Shown in pieces: positions 31,001 through 43,631 of a DNA stretch of 64,000 bases (position 1 is the stretch's first letter; each line of letters starts with the position of its first letter). The notes beneath the pieces were generated by a model that was not told the DNA's origin, made no database searches, and saw nothing but the letters and a program-made list of their open reading frames with translations. The position numbers and the translations under genes were made by a program. The stretch is from Macrostomum lignano (taxonomy: Eukaryota), in NCBI GenBank assembly GCA_002269645.1, contig NIVC01000397.1, positions 62,001 through 126,000 of the forward strand, given 5' to 3'.

Positions 31001-34000
31001 CTACCAATCCTGAGGACATTGTGATCATGAAGACACGGGAATTCTACCAATCCTGAGGACATTGTGATCATGTAGACACGGGAATCCTACCAATCCTGAG
31101 GACAATTTGATTATGAAGACACAAGAATGCTACCAATCCTGAGGACAATGTGATCATGAGGACACGGGAATTCTACCAATCCTGAGGACAATGTGATCAT
31201 GAGGACACAGGAATTCTACCATTCTATATAACTACCACTAGAATCATACGTGTACATGAACGCATACATAAACATACATACGTATACTGCGAGCCACTGG
31301 CACTGGTATCTTTACAGGACACCAGTGATAATTTTTTTGCTAAGAACACTCGCTTCTATTATACTGCCAAGGACAGAAAGTACTTTAACATTTCACACAG
31401 CACTATTTATTTCATGCACCATTCTGTGTTACACTGATCTACGCACTAATCTGAGTACACATTACCTGGTTCGCAGAGCCAAGCAGCTGGCAGCTGTCAA
31501 TAGAAGCAAATTAACCGACAATGGAGCCCAGAACGCGGTGGCATCGTGCAATCGGCAATGCAGCTCCACAATCGGTTTCTCGTCTGTAACGCCTGTCAGT
31601 GTACTGCCCAACTCCTGGCGTTTCAGCACTATCGGAGAGGTCAGGCTCAATAGGAGCAGGATGGCGATCTGTAAATTGATGTCATAAATCATACTTCTTC
31701 CGTAAAACACTAGCCGCCTCTTCCCAACTATGCATCTCCCACTCACCATGGAGGCGCACACAGCAACGCACAGAGCGCAGACGCCTCTTGACTTTGCCAG
31801 CACCGGAGCTGGTCGCCCACGTAGCGAAGCGTTGAATACGAGAAAAATTCTCCCAGTTTTAGCCAACTGAGCAGCGTAAGAGATGGTTAGACCCATCTGA
31901 AGGCACAGATTAGCTGCACTGCATCGCAAAGGGGTTGGCTCCAGGACCATCATGACGGGCACCATGAAGCTTAGTTGAATTCCTGAATGTTTAACGACCC
32001 GTAAAGTGTACTTTTGACATTGTTAACCATTAAAATAACAAAAAGGGAGTATGGATCAGCTAGTCGAGCAGAGACGCAGCCAGGGGTGGGGAGGCAGCGA
32101 TCCCCAAAGACCAGCAGAAGCTATGCCGCCCCTTCGAAAGCTGATGCTGGTGCCCCGGTGCTAAAGTGCCTGTAGCTGACGCTCCTGGTTGACGCCCCTG
32201 GTGCTGACGCCTCTGGTGTTGACGCCCCTGGTGCTGACGCCCCTGTAGCTGACGCCCCTTGTGCTGACGCCACTGGTGCTGACGCCCCTGGTGCTGACGC
32301 CCCTGGTGCTGACGCTCCTGGTGCTGATGCCCCTGGTGCTGACGCCCCTGATGCTAAGGTCCCTGGTGCTAAAGCCCCTGGTGCTAAAGCCCCTGTTGCT
32401 AAAGCCCCTGGTGCTAAAGCCCCTGGTGCTAAAGCCCCTGGTGCTAAAGCCCCTGGTGCTAAAGCCCCTGGTGCTAAAGCCCCTGGTGCTAAAGCCCCTG
32501 GTGCTAAAGCCCCTGGTGCTAATCCCCTGGTGCTAAAGCCCCTGGTGCTAAAGCCCCTGGTTCTAAAAGCCCCGGGCTAAAAGCCAGCAAAAATTCTGGC
32601 TATGCCCCATTTGATTCGTATAGAGAGAAATGTGTCTTTAAGAATGATGAGAAGGCTAATTGCTGGGGTATTCTGGTCTAAACGAGTCGAGCATGGAGCA
32701 TGTCATAAAAAGCGCTTAAAAAAGCTCATAAAAATATTTTTTTCAATTTAGGTTTATGCATCGTACCAATCAGGCATGCGATTGACAGCTCCAGACAGCT
32801 AGCCTTGATCAGCTGATGCCATCTATTAATCCAGAATAGTGCTGTAACAATGGCTGCAGCCGCTGACATCAGCAGTGCTACGCTTAAACAGACGATAAAC
32901 TCTGGTTTGCCAAACATCTTGTAAGCCGGTATGTCGACACACTTGTTCCTGTCTACTTCAACTGGCCAGGTGAATCTTGGACAAACCTGACAGGTGAATC
33001 TGTCCTTCTGTGTGACAATCTGATTGGCCTGGGGACACGCTCGACAAGTGAAACAGCAATTATCTGTCGGAACCTCCGTGTGACCACCAGGACAAGGCGG
33101 ACTGCAGAAGGATCGAGGCTCGGACCCGTCCGGGGTAGGCCAGACCGGCTCCCATGGAGACAGTACGTTGAATTTTCCATTTAGCTGCATTTAAGTAGCA
33201 GACAGTGTTATGAAATTTTGCATATGATTTTGGCTCAGTAATTGATCCTAATCTCGGATTTTCCTATAGACTCTCACTTCTTTTGGGTTATACCAATAGG
33301 TTGTCTAGCGGGCCATCTAGAAACACAAGTTCCATGCATTATTGTCTAATAAGGCCACGAAATCACAAAGCCACAGGCCTTGGGGCCAAGCCGCCACGAA
33401 GCCACGGGTTCTGAATTGTTTTTGGTAAGCTACCAAAAAGCCCGATGACCTAGACCTTGGATTCTTGGATTCTTCGTTAAGCCACCATGACGCCACAGGC
33501 CCTTAATTATTTGTTTAGCCGCTACGAAGCCATGAATCCATGTGCTCTTGAGTTTTTCGGTAAGATTTCACGAAGCCATGGGCTTTGGGCTCTTCAATAA
33601 ACCATCACGAATTTAGAATACCTTGTTTCTTCGTTAATTCAACTCAAAAGCCTAATGTAGTAGTTTTCAGTGGGTCAAATGAAAAAAATCTGGACTAAAA
33701 ACTCGGCAGATTCAATAAAAAGCAAATAACAGTGATGGAATACGTAACCTGTTGGCTGATCTGATACATTGGCTCGACCTCACCCTCGAGCGTGAAGTTG
33801 ATCTTTCCAGAAACTCCAGAGAATTCGCCATTGATTATTTGCTCCACTATTCGTTCGATGGAAACGCACCGTCGGAAGTCGAACGTGTTGCTGCATGATT
33901 CGATTGCCCGAATGGCAGACTCCGTTGCTACCCCGATGGCGTCCAACAGTCGGGCGAGAGGCGGAATGATGCTGTCTCTGGTTAGATTGCTCCATCGGCT

Positions 34001-35984
34001 AAAATTATGCTCCGTTGAGCCTCCAGACAATTTTTTGAAAAGTTCGGCTCCGCCCGGATACAGCGACGAGTACTGTTTTAAAAAAGAGTAGTCCATGGCC
34101 CAGTATCTGTCAATTAAGTCTGGCGTTGGATGAGTTGGAAAGGACACGTGAATAGCATAGTTACTAGCGCCGTTCGGATGAACCGAGCCTGAATTAGCGT
34201 CGCTAGTAACTATGATGCCATTGCGCGATTGGATTTCAGCGTAGACCGCGTCCGACAGGGAGCTGTAGAAATCGAACAAAACAAACACTCGTAAATTTGG
34301 GTGCCGTCGGATTTCCTGGAAATTTTAGGCGAAAAAATGCTGCTTCTGAATAGCGAACTGGAAAACACTGCTGACTTAACCATTGATGCAACTACCGATA
34401 GATACTGTCCTGATACATCTACCGATAGATACTGTCCTGATACATCTACCGATAGATACTGTCCTGATACATCTACCGATAGATACTGTCCTGATACATC
34501 TACCGATAGATACTGTCCTGATACATCTACCGATAGATACTGTCCTGATACATCTACCGATAGATACTGTCCTGATACATCTACCGATAGATACTGTCCT
34601 GATACATCTACCGATAGATACTGTCCTGATACATCTACCGATAGATACTGTCCTGATACAACTACCGATAGATACTGTCCTGATACATCTACCGATAGAT
34701 ACTGTCCTGATACATCTACCAATAGAGACTGTCCTGATACATCTACCGATAGATACTGTCCTGATACATCTACCGATAGATACTGTCCTGATACATCTAC
34801 CGATAGATACTGTCCTGATACATCTACCGATAGATACTGTCCTGATACATCTACCGATAGATACTGTCCTGATACATCTACCGATAGATACTGTCCTGAT
34901 ACATCTACCGATAGATACTGTCCTGATACAACTACCGATAGATACTGTCCTGATACATCTACCGATAGATACTGTCCTGATACATCTACCAATAGAGACT
35001 GTCCTGATACATCTACCGATAGATACTGTCCTGATACATCTACCGATAGATACTGTCCTGATACATCTACCGATAGATACTGTCCTGATACATCTACCGA
35101 TAGATACTGTCCTGATACATCTACCGATAGATACTGTCCTGATACATCTACCGATAGATACTGTCCTGATGCAGCTACCAATAGATATGATCACTAAATC
35201 TAAACTTTACAATATCTGCTTCTTTCATTACCTGAAGCAGTTGCTGATTGGTACCAACAACTCCAATAGCAAAGGTAAAAGCAATACAGAGCGAAGCGTT
35301 TCGATTTTGCAGCCACAATCGCGTTGCCGAGGCCAGTCCTCTGCCGTACTCGTCGTCCCTATGCAGGATTGCGGCGTAGCTCCAATTGACTCGACTAGCA
35401 AGGAACTCGGCAACCTGTTTAGCCTGATGCGCGTCGTTAGCAACTAGTCGATACAGATTCGGGTAGAGCTCTCTAAACGCTAATTCGTGGCTACTGGCTT
35501 CCGTAGCTAACTGGGGCAATTTCCACTGCTGTATGAGCGTGCTCACTAGTTTCGTCCGACTGCTGAACCAGGCCGACACCACGGCGAATACGTAGTGAAA
35601 TGTCTCGTTTAACTCGGAGTTTAATCGACCGCAGTTGTCGTTTAACGTAGGCGCGCCTTCAGGTAATTTTTGAACCGGTCGCAATCGAGCAGCCAGTTCC
35701 AATGCCCGGCTATTGTTTAGGCACGGGTCGAGGTGGACAAAGCCAAATAAGACTCTGTGCTCAGTTGCTAGCCAGCCCAGCTTCTCATTAGCCTCAGCCA
35801 CAGCATGGTGCACGGCCAGACTGCGCAGGAACTCCTCTTCGGTTGGAGGCCGGCTCTCGTTTTGACAATCTATGCGCGACTCGTGAATGATGGCCAGGTT
35901 CAGGACGCCCTGTCGACAGACTGTGGCCAGAGCGGATGTGGCCGCAGCTGCCGCAAGCAGCACGTAAGTTATGGACTGGGCCAT
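28038..35984 (-). CDS. Class C GPCR (mGluR/CaSR/GPRC6A-like orphan): signal peptide, Venus flytrap, Cys-rich domain, 7TM, long C-tail
   Basis: Phase-consistent exons 35984-35232, 34315-33749, 33184-32767, 31982-31747, 31668-31466, 30641-30380 and 29285-28118 (or to the stop at 28038). Motifs: LPQL..ASS.EL..RELYPNLYRL, NWSY...DEYG, CS.PC...CCFTC..C, KASCLELS, RSLPDNLHDSRCI, FVPKLY. 3' end uncertain. Confidence 0.85.
28540..28805 (-). repeat. Coding 30-bp repeat (NRIADGSPHG) in the predicted GPCR tail
   Basis: Direct inspection within ORF 28038-29216. Confidence 0.75.
29617..30045. repeat. 45-bp minisatellite, about 9 copies, GPCR intron
   Basis: Gives 15-aa repeat ORFs on both strands. Confidence 0.9.
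30740..31220. repeat. 43-bp minisatellite, about 11 copies, GPCR intron
   Basis: Period measured at 30901/30944. Confidence 0.9.
32150..32570. repeat. 15-bp minisatellite (GCTGACGCCCCTGGT / GCTAAAGCCCCTGGT), GPCR intron
   Basis: Period measured at 32281/32296. Confidence 0.9.
34392..35185. repeat. 27-bp minisatellite, about 29 copies, 270-bp higher-order repeat, GPCR intron 1
   Basis: Variant units recur at 34661/34931 and 34721/34991. Confidence 0.93.
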
Positions 35985-36711
35985 ATTGAAAAAAGAATCG
36001 AGAGTGAGAACTTTTCTCAGCTGATTTCGACAAAAACCAGACCAAAAATATAAAGGCCCCGTTTTTATGGTTGTGTAAACCTGGACTCAGCAAGCTTGAT
36101 ACGAGACTTTAGCTAATAATCAAGGAAGGATTGGCGATGCATGGCTCAAAGTTGCAAGGCTGACGAAACCCCGTTTTCAGCGCTAATATTGCCGCCTTTA
36201 TCAATGAGAACACGCCGTCTTCATCTTATCTACCACCTGCCGCTGCTCTGCCACCTTCGCGCACACGAATCAATATTGAGAATTCTCAGCGCGAAGCTTT
36301 ATCAGAATTCTCCTCTATCGGTCCAGTTTTATTGGCCAGATCCCAGATTTATCCTCTTCTTTATCCTTCCACGAAGCACGCGGATGATCTGTGATTGTCG
36401 AATGCACTGGCTTTAAATTAATGCTCGCATAAAGGTGCAAAATACATGTAGGAGTACTAGGCACTTTTGGGGCCTCGCGGGGTCTCGCGGGGTTGCGATA
36501 GGGGCCTCGCAGCCTTTTCGCGGCGCCTGCGCCCCGCAGTAGTAGGCACTTTCCGATGAACACTTTTTCAACTACGAGCAATACAAAGTACATGTAGGAT
36601 CTACATTGAAAAGTTAAAATTATGTCAATGTCAAAATCTGAAGCTTTTAGTATGTCCAAGGTATAATTTGCGAGCAACAATGAAAAAAAGACGCCGTCAA
36701 GCGTATGATGA

Positions 36712-37620
36712 TTCGGCGAGGGTACCTGCACGTCATCTGCGACGGTGTCACTCTACGTCTCCCACCTACACCTCAAGCACCTGACCGCTTTTTCCAGCCT
36801 CTCCACCTACCTGCACGCGGTGTCGTGGCTTTACAAGCTGACTGGGAGAGCCGACCCTACTGTTCATCCTCTAGTGCGCTTGCCCTTCAAGGTGTCAATA
36901 GCGGCAGCGGGGCGCCCATGCGAGACAGAAAATCGGTTTGACCCCCACCATGCTGCAGCAGCTCAGGTCCCACATCGACACAACCTCCTGCCGCGGCGCG
37001 GCCTTCTGGTGCTGTCTGCTGGTAGGTTTCTGGGGATTGCTGCCTACGGCCAATCTTTGCCTCCCTTCTGTGTCAGCCGCCCGGAGCCCGCAGTTGTCAG
37101 CCGAAGCGGTGCGACTGAAAGACCTGCAGATGCGCAACAGCGGCATCGAGCTGCGAGTCCGGCACAGCAAGACAATCCAGTTCGCTGAGCGTCAGCACAT
37201 GGTCTGGCTGCCACGATTGCCCGCTACGAACGGGTGTCCACATCCGCTATGCCCGTTCAGCGTGGTTCTCCTTTACCTTAAGCGCGACAATATCGCTGGA
37301 AACGGACCCGACTCGCTTCTGTTCGCCTTTCGGGTGGGCCAACAACTGGTCCCGGTGTTTTGACCGCAGTTTACAAGACAGCTGTTCAATGCGGCGACAG
37401 CGGCAGGCCTCGACACGACGGCAATCTCCGGGCACTCATTGTGCAGAGGCGGAGCGACCTTCTTCGCCAGCTCAGGTGCATCAGTGCACGAAGTGATGGC
37501 CTTGGGTGACTGGCGAAGCGACTCCGTGTTCCGCTACATCCAACCTGGTGTCGAGGCAATCGCCGGCGCGCGGTGGAAGCAGCGTCATCAGCTGCTCCCC
37601 ATCCTCTCGCGGCACCTAAC
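36712..37620 (+). pseudogene. Decayed tyrosine recombinase of DIRS/Ngaro/Crypton type
   Basis: LSTYLHAVSWLY..., GLLPTANL, HSKTIQF, LCP, GHSLCRGGAT, GDWRSDSVFRY; frameshift near 36930 and TGA at 37361. Confidence 0.85.
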
Positions 37621-38443
37621 CTTTTTACTTGATCTTGGGCCTGCCTCGCTGTGCTCGGTCATACCTTCGTATCCGCCTCTTTACTCTGGACAAAAATAGT
37701 CAGGTAAAACAGGTGGCTTTGAACGTTTTAATGTCTGAGTCATCCGCCTCGCCGTCTATCGTTCAACGTGACAAAAGCAACGGCAGTCGACGAAGTGTCG
37801 TGTGGCACCTGCGGCAGCGGCAGCAGCACCTTCTGCGCCGGTTGTGGGCAGTACGACTCGGCGCGGATGATGTAGCCTACCAGCTGAAGTTGTCAACGTT
37901 GCAACAGGGTTGCTTGAACGACTAACTGACATTCAATACTCATGTTTAGTGTCTGACTGAAACCTACTTAAAGTAGTATGCAATTTTCTTGCCTTTTCTC
38001 TCGCAGATTTTTTCGTAACATTTTAGAAAGTGCTAAGCAGACGGAGTAGCTACGCATGCTGATAAAATTTTTCCTAAATCTCAGCCTTCGAGATCTGCAT
38101 TCGAAGCGAAAAATCTTCTGAATGTCTGGCGCAAAATGCGTTTCAATTGAGAAACTTCAAGTCTAACAGAGTAAACTGGCTAATCTTATCAGTTCCAATG
38201 TGTCGTCTATTCCAACGGTCTCCAATGGTGACAATCAGCAACTGCAGGCATTGGCGAACGAAAAAAAAGCTTTAAATCGTTTAGTTTTTACTTTCCAAAG
38301 GCACTGAATCAGTTGAGAGCAGAGAGCAGAGTATAAACTCAAACGAGTAGCTGTAGCTTCTAACTTTTAGCTAGACGAAGACAAGTCTGGTAAGAAATTA
38401 ATTAACTAACGAATTCCTTACCAAGCTTCAAAATCGCTTAAGC

Positions 38444-41227
38444 ATGGACCTAACGGACTCATTCAACGGCATCGAAAATGAACTTCGCGGCTTCACCAAA
38501 CAGTTGAAGAGTCGAAGAACAGAACCGCCTGGTCAGGAAAGTGCCGAAGGAAGAAATGTGAAAGAAATTAATGCCAAGCTGAATGAGGCTAATGGAAGTT
38601 TTGAGGATTGCAATGCTGTGCTACAGTCGCAGATCGAAGCGTCTTCAAGGGCGATGGGAGCACTGCAGGAGCTTTTGGTGGAGGTTAAGCTGCTATCTGA
38701 GCTGCCACAGGGTACGTATGTAACCTGTGCGAGATGTCCGAGAAATAGGTCTTCGGACTTTTTTAAGATTTGCTGTATGCGAGTTTGAAAATTTTGACTT
38801 GGCAAGCCAGAAAATTGATTGGCTTTTGATGAGTGCAAGTATAGAAGCAGAATTATGTAGGTCAATGCATGCCCTGAATTAGTGGTCTGAGGTGAGGGTG
38901 CGGGGGGCCCTTTAGACCCCCTAAAATTAAGGAGTCTAAATGCGGGTGTGTACGCTTAGGCACACAAATTGTGATCTTACTGTACTGTCGTTAGTGCAAT
39001 GATATTACTGATCTACATAATGCGCCTCCTTAATACCGACGCAAACAGAAAGCGACGACATCGACAATTTCATGCGAGAGGGAGGTGGCGGCGGTCCAAC
39101 TGTAAAGAAACGAATTTCTAAAGACGATTTGAAAGACCTGCTCGATCTGTCACAGACACTGAAAGACACCGTCAACCTGTTTGAATCTGTTGAGACGCTC
39201 ATCAGAGAGACGCTGCAGAATAGTCAGCGAGGTGCAGAGCTGGCCGCTGACGTTCAGGATGAGGTGTGTACGAGCTCACACTGATAAAGCATAGCATAGC
39301 CATAGCATAGATCAACTTCGTAGCTTTACATTTAGGCTACATTTTATCCCTTTAATAAATAGATATGATTTTTCGTGTCTTTGTTCCAATCGTGCTTTTC
39401 TGAATTTCCAGTGTTGAGGAGTCCACAAAATGCTTTGTTTTATTGATACTTGCATACAAGCATGAATGTACGAAACTGCATGTTTATTCCGTTTAATTTT
39501 CAACTTTACAGCTCGACCGTCTCAATCGTGAGAGAGGGGAGGCTGAAAGAAAACGAAAAGAAGAAGAGGAAGAGGGTCAGAAGCGTGAGGAGGAAGAGCG
39601 TCAGAGACGTGAGGAGGAAGAGCGTCAGAGACGTGAGGAGGAAGAGCGTCAGAAACGTGAGGAGGAAGAGCGTCAGAGACGTGAGGAGGAAGAGCGTCAG
39701 AGACGTGAGGAGGAAGAGCTTCAGAGACGTGAGGAGGAAGAGCGTCAGAGGCGTGAGGAAAAAGAACGACTGGAGAAACAGAGGATAAGTGAACTGCGTC
39801 AACGGCAAGCTGAGGAGGAGAAGAAGCGTAAAAGCGAAGAGAAGCAGCAACTGCAACGCGAGCGCGAGGAAGCGCGACTGCTACGCGAAGAAGAGCGCAG
39901 CTGGAGACCTGTGGTGATTAAACTCCAAGACAGCAACGAACCGGAAGCTCTGTTCGGTCGAGACTCGTCAGGATGCGCGATTAGGGCACCGGAGGGAGCA
40001 TTTATTCGCGACGAAATTCGCTGCACGGACGCGTCTTCATTGCTACGGCCATGTTCCTTCCCAGCATCCGAGGAGGTCGCTGGTAGAGCTGTGCGCATTG
40101 AGGCCATCGGGCGGTCCGAGCTTGGGAGCAGCTACGGCGGCCGAACTGTCCAGTGGTTTCTGGCGTTGCCGCAATCGGCTGGAAAGTCACCCGGAAAAGA
40201 GACAGTTCTGTATGTAAGTTGAAAGAAAATTATCAGTGCGTACTTGTTTATGCTTGCTACTGAAGTTCATGCAAAGTTAAATAAAGAGTGTTTTAATGTC
40301 CCGGTTCTGCACCTCGTAGATCTTAGTTGACTTGCAACTGCTGCAAGGGGGGCTCAAATTAAGGCGACAGTGTCCCGAAGCCTTAACGTAGGTAATAACA
40401 CATTCTGTGCACTGGGGATTAGCATTTGTGGGTGGTAATCACGGGCTTATTAAAAAGAACTAACAAATGGCGAGAACCGTTGACCTACATGTCGCTCGTA
40501 ATCTGCCTTCGCACCCAGGTGTACAACAAGAATGACACGTCATGGACGGAGGTGCCATCGAATGAGATTCAACAGGGCGGTCTGCCCAGCCAGTACAGAT
40601 GGTTTGAGACGAGGATGTCTGAAGTCCCGATCACGATCGTGCCGGTGGTCCGGTGGAAAGTCAGCCGGTTCAACCTGACCCAGCAGGGTGCCGAAATCAA
40701 CAGCCCGTTGGACAGCCGCTTTGGATTGACTATCCCTGGCGACTCGATCTCGCAGAACAATGCCAGCTTTGCTCAGTCATTCCAGGTTCGTCCAATCAGC
40801 CAAGAGTTGATCGACGAACTGCGCACCGATCACCCGGACTCATATTCTGGACTGCTGGCCACGAGTTTTCTCTTAGTGCACAGTAAGTCAACATACTTTC
40901 AAGCTCTTTGCGTAGCATAATAAATAAATACCCTAAGACTGGGAGTTCACACTTATTATTATACGCTATAGTATTAAAACGCAACCCATAATTGTAGCAT
41001 CATCTGAAGCACAGCCTCTCAAACGGCCATCCGAGTACAAACTGCACCTGCCAAGGTCTGTTTCGAACAAGAATTATTCTAGCAATCACGCTGAGAACTT
41101 CTCAGCTTATAATGAAGGAATTAGTCGAAGATCTTCGATTGCGCCCCGAAAGCAGAGCAAACGGTTGGATAGTAAGCTTGTTTGCTTCCTTTTGCTTACT
41201 GTGCTTTTGTTTTGTACTTTTTGTTTG

Positions 41228-41281
<54 letters not shown>

Positions 41282-41282
41282 G

Positions 41283-41338
<56 letters not shown>

Positions 41339-43269
41339 GCCCATTTAACTGTTTTACTATTCTGTCTATTCATTCCTCCTCTCAGCTGCTAGAGCTCCAT
41401 CCGAGACAATCATTGTTGCCAGCATTGACAGCTCGGAGCCGACAGCTCAATGGAACGCCTTGCAGATCATCAGAGACTATGAGAAGACAAATACGGAAAA
41501 GCTAAACGTCAGAATCTCCAATTTATCCCATAATCGGAGGTAGCATTTCTAATGTGCTAAAATTTTATTTCACAAATACTTTGTATGTGTACGTACATGA
41601 TGATTCATTAATCCTCCCCGCCCCAAACAGACTGTTGGCCTTGCGAATCAACAAGGATTTTGACGTTGACAAATTAGACGAAATCTGTCGCGAAATCGAA
41701 TCTAACATGGAGATTCGGACTGTCAGTTTAATTGTCCGCCAGTCTACTGATAGTAGGATGGTGAGAAGCACATGAACTTGTCGTAATTTTTGTATCGCCC
41801 TAAACGCTATTTCATGTTTAGACACAAGATGTACTTTCATGTTAGGCACAAGTATCTACATGTTAAAAACATTTTAACTCTTATTTTAGGCTGTTGTTGC
41901 TCTTCCGTCAAATGACAAGAAGCAGTATTTGCTGGAGCTTCTTACCTCAAAAGGTTTCAAAGTTGTCTCAGAGCCGAGAAGCCCAGAGTTGCAGAATGAA
42001 GTTAAAGAGCTTAAAGTGATGGAGCGCCAGAATCTTTCCGTTGAGCTGACAGGCAATATTACTAGCGACGAAGGTCAAGAATTCACTTTGCTATTCAACA
42101 GTAACGAGTGGAACTGCCTCCTGCTCAAGTGAGCAATGATGCTACTGCCAAAAAGGAGTGCAAGATCTTCATGATCGCCCCTGGAAGCCTTCGACTCTAG
42201 ATCGTTTTTGATACAGAACACCAACCCCCCCTCCATTTTAGTCTGTCGCCGAAGGACCCCTATCTGCAGAAATCATTTCCAACTCACCGCGGCTTCGTCC
42301 AGGTGTTCAGCGAGCTGCAGCCGAATCGCATCGCAAAGCAGCAGGTGCAACTGGCCAAGCACGACTCCGATGGCGGCAAGAAGCCTCCGTGGCGGTCGCC
42401 GTTTGTCTACAAGTCTAAGGGTTGGTGGAAGCTCTTGTAACCGACTTTCTTCTAGTGGGTTACGGTCAACCAAAAAGGGCGTTGCTAGAACTTTCGGAGT
42501 TTATGATTTTTCGGGTTTTTGTGTTGGCAACCTGATGCTATCCAGATGTACGCTTTCCCACAGTCCGTAAAAGTTAAGACTGCTCAGCCGCAGCTATTGC
42601 GCGGCGCATCTGAAGGCTGCGTACGGCAGTTCAGTCCAAGGACTGGGGAGTCGCCACACGCACCCTCAATTACCCCAGCTAATGCTGGCACCCATTTTAC
42701 AGCTGGATGAACCGAAGCAATGCAGAGTTAAGTGTCTTGTTTGAAGACATAAGTTTTTCCAATTGGGTCTAGAATCGAACCTCCGACCTTCTAGTCGCGA
42801 GTCCGACGCTCTGACCACTAGGCTGCAATCTCATAAAAGTGGCGAATCCCAGAATTGGCTGAATTGTCCCGTCGAAAACTACCTGATGTCAACTTCAAAC
42901 CTTTTCAGACGCAGTAACTCTGGAATATCTGCGCGAATTGGCGATGGATATTCAGGATAACTGGCCCATTCTGGCCGATCAATTGGGCGTGTCAAAAGAG
43001 CGCTGCTCAGCCATCAGGAATGCGTATCCGGAGCAGAGCGACCAAGCGCTTGAGATGCTCATCTCCTGGTTAAAACAGACAACCGTTTTAGAAAGCAAGG
43101 TTAGTCAAATAAACAAAATAAAGTACACGGACCTGCTTTCAAAGACCTTCTAAAGTTATTGAAAAACTTTCAGACTGCCAGCCTGATCAAGGCTCTGAAG
43201 GCCTGCCGATTTGTTCAATTGGCTAATGAACTTCGTCAAAGAGAACTACTGTTGCAACAGGAGTCCTAA
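38444..43269 (+). CDS. Death-domain protein, DTHD1/ankyrin-ZZUD-like: coiled coil + (EEEERQRR)n SAH + ZU5-like + UPA-like + death domain
   Basis: Phase-consistent exons 38444-38711, 39049-39263, 39512-40213, 40519-40882, about 41009-41171, 41386-41539, 41631-41760, 41890-42128, 42242-42420, 42909-43099 and 43174-43269. Death-domain pattern LRELAMDIQDNWPILADQLGVSKERCSAIRNAYPEQSDQALEMLISW...LIKALKACRFVQLANEL. ZU5/UPA calls are by eye. Confidence 0.75.
39570..39765 (+). repeat. Coding 24-bp repeat encoding EEEERQRR
   Basis: GAGGAGGAAGAGCGTCAGAGACGT x about 7-8, in frame within exon 3. Confidence 0.85.
41228..41340. repeat. (GTCT)n microsatellite, intronic
   Basis: Direct inspection. Confidence 0.95.
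42579..42826 (-). mobile_element. tRNA-derived CORE-like SINE, copy 2 (intron of the death-domain gene)
   Basis: Closely similar to 20805-21047, with A and B boxes. Confidence 0.8.
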
Positions 43270-43631
43270 AGGCACTGTGCTGATCTCTGGTGAAGCCAGT
43301 TTTAACTTTATCCTTATCGACACGAAAACTTAATGCTGATTTTCCCATTAGCGAAATCTTAGCTCTCCGTGATTATCGAAATACTAACCAAAATATTGGG
43401 GTTAAATATTTTTTGATATACCCAGAATTAGCTAGCTATATACTTTCTTGAACATGAGGTTAATACGCATAAAATAAATCAGATATACATTGAAAAATCA
43501 TGTGGCCGATTTACCCCCGTATATTCCCACATCACATGTATGCGGACAGGGACGTCGCCATGGATTTTATGGTGAGGGGACAAAGCCAAGAATTTGACAT
43601 GTACATGTACATTATTTTCAGAATTGGTGTT

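Noticed and set aside
34210-35447. Four 270-350-aa repeat ORFs, including a possible repeat insert in the GPCR flytrap domain
   Set aside because: The 27-bp array lies between a good donor (35231) and acceptor (34316) whose splicing restores a normal class C alignment (LLQ|EIRRHPNLRVFVLF).
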